In this document: in pieces, positions 53,445 to 64,000 of the stretch
How positions within the stretch are numbered: position 1 is the stretch's first letter
Layout of the letters: each line of letters begins with the position of its first letter
NCBI GenBank assembly: GCA_951406725.2
Contig: OX597815.1
Coordinates: 21,204,001 to 21,268,000, forward strand
Length of the DNA stretch: 64,000 nucleotides
Source of the DNA: Octopus vulgaris
Lineage: Eukaryota
Reading direction: 5' to 3'
Program-made: the position numbers and the translations under genes
The notes under the pieces: generated by a model
The model's input: the letters and a program-made list of their open reading frames with translations, nothing else
The model's database searches: none
Told to the model about the DNA's origin: nothing

Positions 53445-54122
53445 TATGGGAGAGTTGCGTATGGAGGGAACCTGTGGAAGAGATAGGCCTAGGAAGTGGA
53501 GGGAACCTGTGGAAGAGATAGACCTAGGAAGACATGGGATGAGGTGGTGAAGCACAACCTTCAAATATTGGGTCTCACAGAGACAATGGCAAGCAACCAA
53601 GACCTTTGGAGATATGTTGTGCTTGAGAAGACCCAGCAAACCAAATGAGATCATAGTCATGGTTGATGCCAGTGTCGCATAACTGACCCATTTAAAAGCA
53701 CCCTTTAATTATCAAGTAATATGCCATGCTTGTGAAAACCTGTTGAACTGAGTGAAATCGTAGTCGTGGCTGATGCCAGTGCTGTCTGACTGGCATCTGT
53801 GCTGGTGGCACATAAAAAGCACCATTCATGCATGGCTGATGCCAGTAGCACCTGACTGACATGTAAAAAGCACCATTCGAGTGTGGCCAATGCCAGCACC
53901 GCCTGACCAGCACCCATGCTGGTGGCACATAAAAAGCACCCGCTACATTCTTTGGAATAGTTGGCATTAGGAAGGGCATCCAGCTGTAGAAAATTTGCCA
54001 AATCAGATTGGAGCCTGATGCAGCCTCCTGGCTTGCCAGTCCTTAGTCAAACCGTCCAACCCATGCCAGCATGGAAAGCAGATGTTAAATGACAATGGTG
54101 GTGATACTGATGATGATGATGA
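53445..54122 (+). mobile_element. 5'-truncated RTE LINE: ORF end plus repetitive 3' UTR (family D)
   Basis: EGTCGRDRPRKTWDEVVKHNLQILGLTETMASNQDLWRYVVLEKTQQTK*, then tandem GGTGGCACATAAAAAGCACC modules and a (GAT)n tail. Confidence 0.85.
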
Positions 54123-54879
54123 TGGTCTGATCAAAGCCTTGTGAGTGGATTTGGTAGAAGCAAACTGAAAAAAAGTCCATCATGTATGTGTGTGTGTGTG
54201 AGTGTTTTGCCTTGACATCACACAGCAGTTTTAAATGGGTGTCACCATCATACAAGCAGTGTTGTACATTTTAATTCTTTTGTGAAAATATATCTGACCA
54301 TTGAGAAATACTTCCTTGCTTGGAAAGAGTTGATGTTTCTGACTATAGGTACTCTTCCTGTTGAAAAGCATCTATGAAAGGTACTGATGTGGGATCAAAC
54401 CTGGAATTATGCAGTTACAAAGCAAACTTAAGCACTTAGCCATGCTGTTTCCATATTTTGTATGGTTTTTATTTGTATTCTCTTATTGACTAAATGGTCA
54501 AGATGCTAGAATATGGACCACATGATCATGAAGGAAAACCTGACAGCTGTAGAAAATAGCAATAAAAATCATCATTTTGATATCTAATTTCCATTCTTAC
54601 TTGGGTCAGTGGAAATTCTCTGAGATTTGGTTGCTATTTCTAATAGATGCTTCCTCAATGCCACATTCTAATTTTTCCGAGGTGTATATGAAAGGTTTTT
54701 AAAACATTTGGCTTTTTCGTAAATGAACCCTACTGGAATTATTGTTAATTTGCTGTCATAGTTAAGCAGCTAATAGAAACATATAACTGTAAAAATACAT
54801 AACGTATGTTCCAACATTGTTTTGAGAAATATCCCAAGTTTTATCAACCTACAAAGATAAGTATTGAAAATATATGTAT

Positions 54880-55292
54880 GCGCTGACCTTGGATCGTAGA
54901 GTGACCCGCTGTTCTTGAGGAGACCTGTTGAGTCAAGTTCGTCAACATCACAAATTCGAATGGTAATTGTAGTTAAGACACCAGTGCTAGTGACACGTAA
55001 AAGCACCGTTCAAGCGTAGCAGTTACTAGCATCGCCTGACTGGCGTCCATGTCGGTGACACGTAAAAACACCAATTGATCATGGCCGTTTGCCAGCCTGC
55101 GCTGGCTCCTGTGCCAGTGGCATGTAAAAAGCACCCACTACACTCTGGGAGTGGTTGGCATTAGGAAGGGCATCCAGCTGAAGAAACACTGCCAAATCAG
55201 ACTGGAGCCTGGTGCAGCCTCCATGGCTTACCAGACCCCGGTCGAACCCCCCAACCCATGCTAGCATGGAAAACGGACGTTAAATGATGATG
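54880..55292 (+). mobile_element. RTE LINE 3' end (family D)
   Basis: Same modules and tail as 53445-54122. Confidence 0.8.
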
Positions 55293-55604
55293 TTGTAACT
55301 ATAGTTTGATATATAGGAGGTGCATACATTACAAACTTGTCTGATAGTCCCCAAAAGGACCCTCTTCATAGTCTCTCAACCTGTTAGAAGTAACAGCTAG
55401 GTCTTCTACAAATTATACCCAAATTATACCCAATCATCTTAAATAAGGACATTGTAGGATAATGTAGACACAGACTCTCCAAAATGACAGGATAGTTACG
55501 ACTGGAAAGCCTTAGGTAACAAGTCAGCCTGATAAGGTTTGACCTAGAACTAAACAAAAACAACGTAAAGAATTGATATTTTTTCACATTATTTCTCATT
55601 TTAG

Positions 55605-55728
55605 CTTCGCGGATGACAAAAAAGATGAAAATGAAGGTCGAAGTCACATCCGGCTCTCTCCAAAAGGTCGATTACATGAACCACATTGGTATGCTGGAAG
55701 GATCAAACATCTGGGGAAAGAAGGAAAG
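55605..55728 (+). CDS. PTCD1: PTCD1-like coding exon 2
   Basis: ttttag|C completes AGC, then FADDKKDENEGRSHIRLSPKGRLHEPHWYAGRIKHLGKEGK|GTTAAG. Resembles the PTCD1 motif YWY...KHLIKEGK. Missed by the ORF track. Confidence 0.9.
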
Positions 55729-56311
55729 GTTAAGTCTCTTTGTTAACTTTCACTTTCTGTTTTCTTTGCTGTTTTTGATATCTACTTCTTTTAAATGCTT
55801 CTGTCATTCATCAGCGGCCATGCGGGGGCACCACCTTTCAGGGTTTTTGTATATTGGCCTCACTACTTTGGTACAAATTTATTTATTTTATTAAGATACG
55901 AAATGCAGTCGTCTTTGATGTTAAGGGAGATAATTCAGTTGGACATCTAATACTACTAAAATACGCTGTCACTCGGTTTACACGTTTTCACTTTTGACTT
56001 TGTTTTTGTTGCCTTTTTACCTTATGCATACAGAAACATCATTTAATCGTTTCCATTTCGGTTTTATTTCCTTTCATTATTTGAACTTCATCCTAATCTA
56101 ACACTTCAATTAGAATTAATGTTTTATATTATGTTGAATATATTCAAGATTGAATAACAAAATTTCTAATGTCAAGAAAGTCAATTTCTCTGGAAATAAA
56201 AATCAGTAAATTAATTTCAAACTAAGAGGGCTCAAAAGAAACTACAAAACATTTTGATATAGCAAACCGACTGATAGAACATTTAAAAGGGATAAAGAAA
56301 AAATTAGAACC

Positions 56312-56700
56312 TCATCATCATCGTTTAACGTCCGCTTTCCATGCTAGCATGGGTTGGACGATTTTGACTGAGGGCTGGCGAACCAGATGGCTGCACCAGG
56401 ATCCAATATTGATCTGGCAGAGTTTCTACATCTGGATGCCCTTCCTAACACCAACCACTCCGAGAGTGTAGTGGGTGCTTTTTACATGCCACTGGCATGG
56501 GAGCCAGTCATGTGGTACTGGCAATGACCTCGCTCGAATCTTTTTACACATGCCACCGGCACAGGTGCCAGTAAGGCGACTCTGGTAACGATCACGCTCG
56601 AATGGTGCCCTTTTATGTGCCACCGGCACAGAAGCCAGTTAGCAGCTCTGGCAACGATCACGCTCGGATGGTGCTCTTGGCACCCTACTATGGCAATGCT
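56312..56700 (-). mobile_element. RTE LINE 3' end (family D)
   Basis: Reverse copy starting with (CAT)n. Confidence 0.8.
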
Positions 56701-56954
56701 GGTAATGATCACATTAACATATGTAGCATTTTAAAGAAGCAAATGTTGCAATTTATATTTTCAGTGAATGTTGTACTGTGGCCCTTGTGTAGCCTATGAC
56801 TTATTGTCTGATATACTCACATTTTACATCACAACTTTTTTTTGCTATTGATTTAGTCAGAGGTAAAAGGACAGTACCTATGATCTTTCTCAAGGGTCTC
56901 TGAAACTGGTTGAAGGAAGGAAGGAAATTATTCTAAGACCCAACAAATAACGTG

Positions 56955-57440
56955 AGTTCATGGCTGTTTCCTGCACCAGCTTCACATAGAAGCCCCAGCT
57001 CATCCAAAGTGCCTTAGATCGCAGGATGACCTGCTGTGCTTACCTTGGATCGTAGGGCGACCTGCTGTGCTTGAGGGGACCTATTGAGTCAAGTACATCA
57101 ACATCAAAAAGTCAAATGGAAATTGTAGTTGTGATACCTGTGCCGGTGGCACGTAAAAAGCACCATCCGTAGGTGGTCGATGCCAGCGCTGCCTTCACTG
57201 GCTTCTGTGCCGGTGGTATGTAAAAAGCACCAACCAATCGTGGCCATTGCCAGCCTCCCCTGGCACATAAAAAGCACCCACTACACTCACGGAGTGGTTA
57301 GCGTTAGGAAAGGCATCCAGCTGTATAAACTCTACCAGATCAGACTGGAGCCTGGTGCAGCCTCCTGGCTTCCCAGAGCCCGGTCGAACCGTCCAACCCA
57401 TGCTAGCACGAAAAACAGACGTTAAACGATGATGATGATC
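56955..57440 (+). mobile_element. RTE LINE 3' end (family D)
   Basis: Same modules and tail as 53445-54122. Confidence 0.8.
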
Positions 57441-57458
57441 ATCATTAATGCCAGTCAG

Positions 57459-57720
57459 TCAAGTGACTCCTCTCTGGATGCAGTCCAGGAGGTCTGTATG
57501 TGTAGCTTGGTCAAAGGCTTTGCTAATGTCTTGGGCAATAACATTGCTTTCACTAAATTTCTCTAAAGTGACAGTCCACTGGGCAGTGACATAAGAGAGT
57601 ACATCTCCAGTGATTAAAATATGGATTTGGGTCTGCAGAAGTCGTACTGAGGATGTGGTCACTGGGAGAGAGACAAATTGTAGGTGTCAGTGGATGTTGT
57701 CGTTGATGGCTGTCTGCAAA
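57459..57720 (-). mobile_element. non-LTR (CR1/Jockey-group) reverse transcriptase fragment
   Basis: TGDVLSYVTAQWTVTLEKFSESNVIAQDISKAFDQ, matching the D.SKAFD RT motif. Confidence 0.7.
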
Positions 57721-58030
57721 AGGTTGATAATTGGGTGGATAGGGTTGATAATGTTAAGATCATGTGGAAAGAAGATGCTAACCTGAAAATGTTAAGAGAT
57801 CAATGTTCTGTACTAAGTTGTTCTCTCTTCTAGAAGTCACCACATCTTGAAGATGTCTTCCTGTAGTGAAGAAATACAAATTTTATTGATAAAATTATAC
57901 CCTCATCATTCAATATATTATTTAAACACATTATGTTGTGCATAAAAATATATATTGCTCAGTTTATGGTACAACTTTTGGGGAATTTTTTAAGCCATTC
58001 TCAATTTTTTTTTTTTTCATTCTGTTTTAG

Positions 58031-58171
58031 ATTTTGGAAGCTATTGATACACTGGAAGATACCATGCTAAAAAAACACCGTGTCATGCCAAATGCTTATG
58101 TTTTTAACCAACTTCTTGGTATTCTTGGAAAAACTGGATACACCAAGAAAGCTTTCAGTTTGTTTAATAAA
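58031..58171 (+). CDS. PTCD1: PTCD1-like coding exon 3 (PPR)
   Basis: ttttag|ILEAIDTLEDTMLKKHRVMPNAYVFNQLLGILGKTGYTKKAFSLFNK|GTAAGT; 141 nt, phase 0-0. Confidence 0.95.
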
Positions 58172-58817
58172 GTAAGTCTTTCTCTCCTGATTCTTGGTCT
58201 CATAAACGTTTGGTTGATAGGTCCCTACTTAGCACTTAGTTTACATATAGTGGGGGGTTTTTTGCAGTCGTTTCCCATCACCTTCTTCAGACTCATACAA
58301 GTACTTAAATTCAGCACTATGGTCAATTATACAATGCTGGTTTCCACACTATGATGCCATTAATGTTTTATTACTGCAATGTACATATCCACAGCACATT
58401 AAAATCTTGCTCACATATGTGAGACAGAACATCCACAGCACATACAAACATTCTAGGCTGCCACCTCCAAAAATTACTATCAAAAATACCATGCAAGTGA
58501 TTCACAAATCCTCACACACCAACGTGCTACAGCCATTACAGACACATAGTCTACACTCTCTCTCTCTCTCTCTCTCCCTCTCTAATATTACAATGGTTCC
58601 TCCTCTTCCAAACTAATAAACAATTACCCCCCAGTTAAGACCACCCAATATACCTACCTGTCATCCATACTATATCTTCCGCCATCAAAATCTGAATGGA
58701 ACTAACCACTTAATCCTTTTTCACCAGAACTGTTCTCCTCTCAAACTCTGTCCCTGCCCATATTTATATTCTACAGATATGAACTTTCAAAAGTTCAAAC
58801 TAAACCTCAACAATACC

Positions 58818-59039
58818 TATTTCTTTACTACCCACATGGGGCTAAACACAGAGAGGACAGACGAATGGATTAAGTCAATTATATCGACCCCAGTGCATAA
58901 CTGGTACTTAATTTATCGACCCCGAAAGGATGAAAGGCAAAGTCGACCTCTGCAGAATTTGAACTCAGAATGTAACGGCAGACAAAATACGGCTACACAT
59001 TTCGCCTGGCATGCTAACGTTTCTGCCAGCTCACCCCCT
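58818..59039 (-). mobile_element. SINE family A with 17-bp TSD, CpG-decayed
   Basis: TSD TAAACCTCAACAATACC at 58801-58817 and 59040-59056. Confidence 0.92.
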
Positions 59040-59106
59040 TAAACCTCAACAATACCACCAGTTTCAAGGCCTGTGAAAGCTAATTGTTCCTCTTTTTTAT
59101 AATAAA

Positions 59107-59505
59107 TCTTTATATATAAAAGTGAAGTTGTGTGTCTGTCTCCTACGATTTAGATTCCTAACTACTCCCACATTTTGCGGTGCAGTTTAACCAAAACCGG
59201 GTATCTTATAGTCGTGATTCATATCGAGCCCTTCTGGGTATTAGTGCGCGTCTACGATGAGTCTACGATTTTTTTTTTAATTTACCATAATTTTTTTCCA
59301 TTTTAATGCATTTTTTCGATATTATATAAGGGAAGTAACTCTCTAAAAATGTCTACGATGAGTCAACGATTTTAAAAAAAATTTACCATAATTTTTTTTT
59401 CCATTTTTAATGCATTTTTTTGCTATTTTTGGGCTATAACTCTCTAAAAATGCTTATATAGTTATTTCCCTTACAAACCCGAGCAACGCCGGGCGATACT
59501 GCTAG
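59107..59505 (+). mobile_element. non-autonomous Helitron, complete
   Basis: A|TC...CCCGAGCAACGCCGGG-CGATACTG-CTAG|T, no TSD. Confidence 0.9.
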
Positions 59506-59618
59506 TAATTTATATAACATATGCAGATTTGCAGAAAACCTACATTGTTTGTGGTGTGACGATGATGATGATGATGATGGTGATATTTTTTTTATGAGCA
59601 AAATATTATCTTTTTCAG

Positions 59619-59936
59619 ATGAAGAAGATGGGGATACAACCTACAGGTCACACCTACACTTGTTTATTCAACTGCTGTTCCAATTCTCCTTGGTTGAGTG
59701 ATGGTTTACAAAGGACTCGCAAACTCCATGACTTAATCCTCGAGAAAGAAGTGCCACTTCATCCAATCACACACAAAGCAATGATAAAGTCTTACAGTGT
59801 CTGTGGTGACATTCCGACAGCATTCAAGGTTGCTGATAGCTTCTGTGAAACACATCCTCCAGATACTGAATTATTCAGTTTCCTATTGATGGGATGTGTA
59901 TCAGACAAAATGGCAGGTCTCAGACATGCCCTACAG
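59619..59936 (+). CDS. PTCD1: PTCD1-like coding exon 4 (PPR repeats)
   Basis: tttcag|MKKMGIQPTGHTYTCLFNCCSNSPW...FSFLLMGCVSDKMAGLRHALQ|GTAAAC; 318 nt. Resembles PTCD1 TYTALFNVCAESPW and FSFLLMGCIQDKKTGFRYALQ as recalled. Confidence 0.95.
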
Positions 59937-59988
59937 GTAAACAGCACTTTTCTTTTAACTTCTCATCTGACATTTTTTTTTTTTTTTT

Positions 59989-60398
59989 AGCCTCGCCCGG
60001 CCCCTGTGCTGGTGGGATGTAAAAAGCACACACTACACTCATGGAGTGGTTGGCGTTAGGAAGGGCATCCAGCTGTAGAAACACTGCCAGATCAGACTGG
60101 AGCCTGGTACAGCCTTCTGGCTTCCCAGACCCTAGTCGAACCGTCCAATCCATGCTAGCATGGAAAACGGATGTTAAACAATGATGATGATGATGCCTCC
60201 TCTGGCACCTGTGCCGGTGGCACGTAAAAAGCACCCACTACACTCACGGAGTGGTTGGTGTTAGGAAGGGCATCCAGATGTAGAAACACTGCCAGATCAG
60301 ACTGGAGCTTGGTGCAGCCTCCTGGCTTTCCAGACCCCGGTCGAACCGTCCAACCCATGCTAGCATGGAAAACAGACGTTAAATGATGATGATGATGA
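59989..60398 (+). mobile_element. two tandem RTE LINE 3' ends (family D)
   Basis: Two successive copies, each ending in (GAT)n, at about 60194 and 60398. Confidence 0.8.
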
Positions 60399-61623
60399 TG
60401 TGTGTGTGTGTCTTGCTGTGTCTTTGACTTGATATTGTATGATATAAATGAATGTTACTGTCACGCTAGAAGTGTACTTCATTTCCAGTCTTCTGTGAAA
60501 ACATGTCTGGTTATGAGGAAATACTTCCTTATTTGAAAACAGTTGAGAGCTAGCGAGAGGAAGAGCATATGACCTTAAAAAATGCACCTCAACAAATTCT
60601 GTCTGACCCTTTACAAGCAATAAAAGTGGATGTTAAAACAGTGACCAAAGAAACCTGTGAGCAAAATTTCAACCTATGACCATTCTATCTTATATTCAGA
60701 AATAGTATCTCTTCAAACTATATCTAATGTCTTTCTTTACAACACCGACATTATTTCAGGGAGATTTGGTTGCTGTTTCTAGCAGGTCTTGAGACCATAT
60801 AGCAACTCCCTCATAAGTTTTAATTTTTTTTTAATTTTTTAAATTTGTTGATTACAAAACTAAAATGTTATTAATAACAAACTCCCAAGGTCTTGGCTTC
60901 AAATCTATGACAACTATTTCATTGTACCTCTGGGCATGACATTTAATTCCACAAACCCCAGTTTATCTGGTTATTGGGAATTAATATCTGAACTAGAAAC
61001 ATTGACAAGAAGGATAGCTAATTAACCATTGATTATCAGAATCAAGATTATTTTCAATTCTAATTAAAAGCTATAATAGTAGTGTGTATATAACCAGTTT
61101 AACATCACCTAGTACTTTAGGTACCAGTTGGTGGTCTTATACATTTAGTATATACCTTTAGTATTGTCTACTCTTTTGCAAGCATCTAGGCCAGATTTTC
61201 AGTATAAGACCATAGTTACAGGTCTTATAAAGGGTCCTTGCACTGCCTTCTTTTCTGATGATATGTGTGTCCTTGTTATGTGGCACCAGAACCAGTACTT
61301 TTAACATGGCACCAGCATCAGTATCATTCCTGCTGTGGCAGACGGGGTCCTCCTCAGTGTATGGCAGTGTGCCAGATATGTCAGTCCTTAATCACCTCCT
61401 TCATAAGGCTCTGTGTCTTATATATTTGTATATATTTTTGATGGGTTTTCTGTCAGCCAAATTTTACATGCATGTCAGACTCAGGCTATGGTAGAAGAGA
61501 CTCATCCAAAGTGCTGTGCAGTAGGATCAAACCCAGAACTACATGGTTGCAATGCAAACTTTTTAACCACATAGCCATACCTATTATGCATGTAAATAAG
61601 TTTCATTTTTTTTTTTTTCGTAG

Positions 61624-61789
61624 GTTTGGAAACAATTGGGCTCTCTGAAAATTAAACCAGATCTTCCACTCTACAATTTATTAATCCGTACAATCAGGGA
61701 TTCAGGGTTTGGTACCACTAGTAATGTTGTGAATTTCCCTGATTACACTGCACCACCAATCCATAATAAGTCAACCTCAGTAGATAAAG
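61624..61789 (+). CDS. PTCD1: PTCD1-like coding exon 5
   Basis: poly-T cgtag|VWKQLGSLKIKPDLPLYNLLIRTIRDSGFG...STSVDK G|GTATTT; phase 0-1. Confidence 0.9.
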
Positions 61790-61909
61790 GTATTTTCTCT
61801 TTCTTAATTTGAATTTTGCTTATGAACACTTTTTCAGAAGTTTTTCTATACCAGTACAGATGTTCAGATCATTCATCAGCAACATCAAATCAATTTATAA
61901 AAACAATAG

Positions 61910-62182
61910 TGCCACCTTTACTGGCTTCTGTGCTGGTGACACGTAAAAAGCACCAACCGATCATGGCCGTTGCCAGCCTCCTCTGGCACCTGTGCCAGTG
62001 GCACGTAAAAAGCACCCGCTACACTCACGGAGTGGTTGGCATTAGGAAGGGCATCCAGCTGTAGAAACACTGCCAGATCAGACTGGAGCCTGGTGCAGCC
62101 TCCTGGCTTCCCAGACCCGGTTGAACCATCCAACCCTTGCTAGCATGGAAAACATACGTTAAATGATGATGATGATGATGAT
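61910..62182 (+). mobile_element. RTE LINE 3' end (family D)
   Basis: Same modules and tail as 53445-54122. Confidence 0.8.
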
Positions 62183-62585
62183 GTCAAGCCTTATTGAAAT
62201 ATCAAAATGTGAAAGAGTCTGAACATCAAAGTGAAATGAATGCAGTGTTGTAGTTCAACCCCAGGTCAGCCCTGACTGAGCAGTTTTATGATCAAATGTA
62301 TTCTAGCCCATCTTTCTCTCAGACAATGTGCATCTAGGACTGTATTATCAAATGAGTCTCCCTTTTCAAGCTGGTAGATTATAATTTGAGGGAGATTTGC
62401 CAACCATTTCTAACAGGTTGAGTGTCTTTTGGCTCATGATAATGATCTGTACTTCTGCCAAACTAGTTGAGATCTGTTCAAATAAAGACAACACTTAAAA
62501 TTATACAGCAACACTGTGGATCAAGGTAGCATAAATAAATGATTTCACAGATGTTGAGTATATTTTCTTATTAACAAATAGACAT

Positions 62586-62982
62586 AGGCGTAGGAGTGGC
62601 TGTGTGGTAAGTAGCTTGCTTACAAACCACATGGTTCCGGGTTCAGTCCCACTGCATGGCACCTTGGGCAAGTGCCTTCTACTATAGCTTCGGGCCAACC
62701 AAAGTCTTGTGAATGGATTTGGTAGATAGAAACTGAAAGAAGCCCATCGTATATATGTAAATATATATATGTTTGTGTTTCTGTGTTTGTCCCCCCAACA
62801 TCACTTGACAACCGATGCTGGTGTTTTTACGTCACTGTAACTTAGTGGTTCGGCAAAAGAGACCGATAGAATAAGTACTGGGCTTACAAAGAATAAGTCC
62901 TGGGGTCGATTTGCTCGACTAAAGGCGGTGCTCCAGCATGGCCACAGTCAAATGACTGAAACAAGTAAAAGAGTAAAAGAGA
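62586..62982 (+). mobile_element. SINE family B
   Basis: Full-length copy. Confidence 0.9.
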
Positions 62983-63278
62983 GGCAAAAAATCAATAGAT
63001 GTTAATATAGCTTTATTAGCTACATTAACATTTCTGTCTCATGGATGTAAATGTACCTAATAAAATAGAAACTCATGTGGTACTTGTTTTGACCATTTAT
63101 TTTTAAATGTATGTTGGATAGTTCTATTATTTTACATAATGATTGTAAGGTTAAATTGATGAACTATAAAATTCATATAGCTATGAGTTTAAATCTTAAG
63201 CATCTGCATGTATACATCTGAAGGCCAGTGCATAACTCTGAATACTCTAGCGTTTGGTTAACAAACATTCCACTTCTA

Positions 63279-63672
63279 GGCGCAGGAGTGGCTGTGTGGT
63301 AAGTAGCTTGCTAACCAACCACATGGTTCCAGGTTCAGTCCCACTGCATGGCACCTTGGGCAAGTGTCTTCTGCTATAGCCCCGGGCTGACCAATGCCTT
63401 GTGAGTGAATTTGGTAGACGGAAACTGAAAGAAGCCTGTCGTATATATGTATATATATATATATGTATGTGTTTGTCCCCCTAGCATTGCTTGACAACCG
63501 ATGCTGGTGTGTTTACGTCCCCCGTCACTTAGCGGTTCGCCAAAAGAGACCGATAGAATAAGTCCTGGGCTTACAAAGAATAAGTCTCAGGGTCAATTTG
63601 CTCGACTAAAAAAGGCGGTGCTTCAGCATGGCCGCAGTCAAATGACTGAAACAAGTAAAAGAGTAAAAGAGA
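63279..63672 (+). mobile_element. SINE family B
   Basis: Full-length copy. Confidence 0.9.
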
Positions 63673-63893
63673 GTTCTATTTCACACTTAAATGTTTAAAA
63701 GAAAAAACTGTATATGATTTTAAAACAATTTCTTCAACAATACACACATGTTGAAATCTTCAAAATCAACCTTACTTCATACTAACATTAAGAAATATTT
63801 AGCAAAAGAGCATTGAAAGAAATAGGTCTAACTCAGTTATTCAAGTCTAATATCTTATTTTAGAATTTTGACAAATTTTCTTTGAAATTTCAG

Positions 63894-64000
63894 ACAAAAT
63901 AAATGAAGATTGTGAAATTCCAGTGAGCAGTGTAAATCATTCTAAAGCAGATCAAATGGTCCAACCAATTAGCAATTTGATTGAAAAAGAACCAAACTAT
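63894..64000 (+). CDS. PTCD1: PTCD1-like coding exon 6 (partial, runs off window)
   Basis: tttcag|AC completes GAC in phase 1; DKINEDCEIPVSSVNHSKADQMVQPISNLIEKEPNY is open to the window end. No recognisable motif. Confidence 0.65.

Noticed and set aside
53760-53945. Regularly spaced AAAAAGCACC repeats resembling a CRISPR array
   Set aside because: Eukaryotic context; spacers are homologous to each other and lie in an RTE 3' UTR; no cas genes.
55613-55894. ORF-track protein MTKKMKMKVEV...
   Set aside because: Wrong frame; the spliced PTCD1-like exon uses a different frame over 55605-55728.
63864-63893. Alternative acceptor TTTTAG at 63863
   Set aside because: In phase 1 it hits TGA after two codons; the CAG at 63893 keeps the frame open.

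Overview
AT-rich, microsatellite-dense eukaryotic DNA. The SINE families resemble those I recall from octopus, so a coleoid cephalopod origin is likely, but this is inference. Bases 1 to about 49 kb are intergenic and filled with transposon debris: tRNA-derived SINEs, mariner/Tc1, hAT, Merlin-type MITEs, non-autonomous Helitrons, RTE and CR1 LINE ends, and a Penelope-like GIY-YIG fragment. From about 49.5 kb a + strand, multi-exon gene runs off the right edge. It encodes a mitochondrial pentatricopeptide-repeat protein (PTCD1-like), and six coding exons join in frame with GT-AG introns. The most notable unannotated signal is a set of hammerhead-ribozyme-like motifs in several unrelated repeats. 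The clearest is a 340-350 bp tandem unit at 34.6-35.5 kb with one type I hammerhead per unit (retrozyme-like). Also notable: CpG decay in a SINE inside the gene body, RTE tails seen only in introns and bracketing an exon in inverted orientation, and two decayed paralogous segments with TM plus TIR-like traces. Most ORFs in the supplied track are microsatellite or SINE artefacts. Repeat boundaries were read by eye and are approximate unless a TSD or TIR is quoted.
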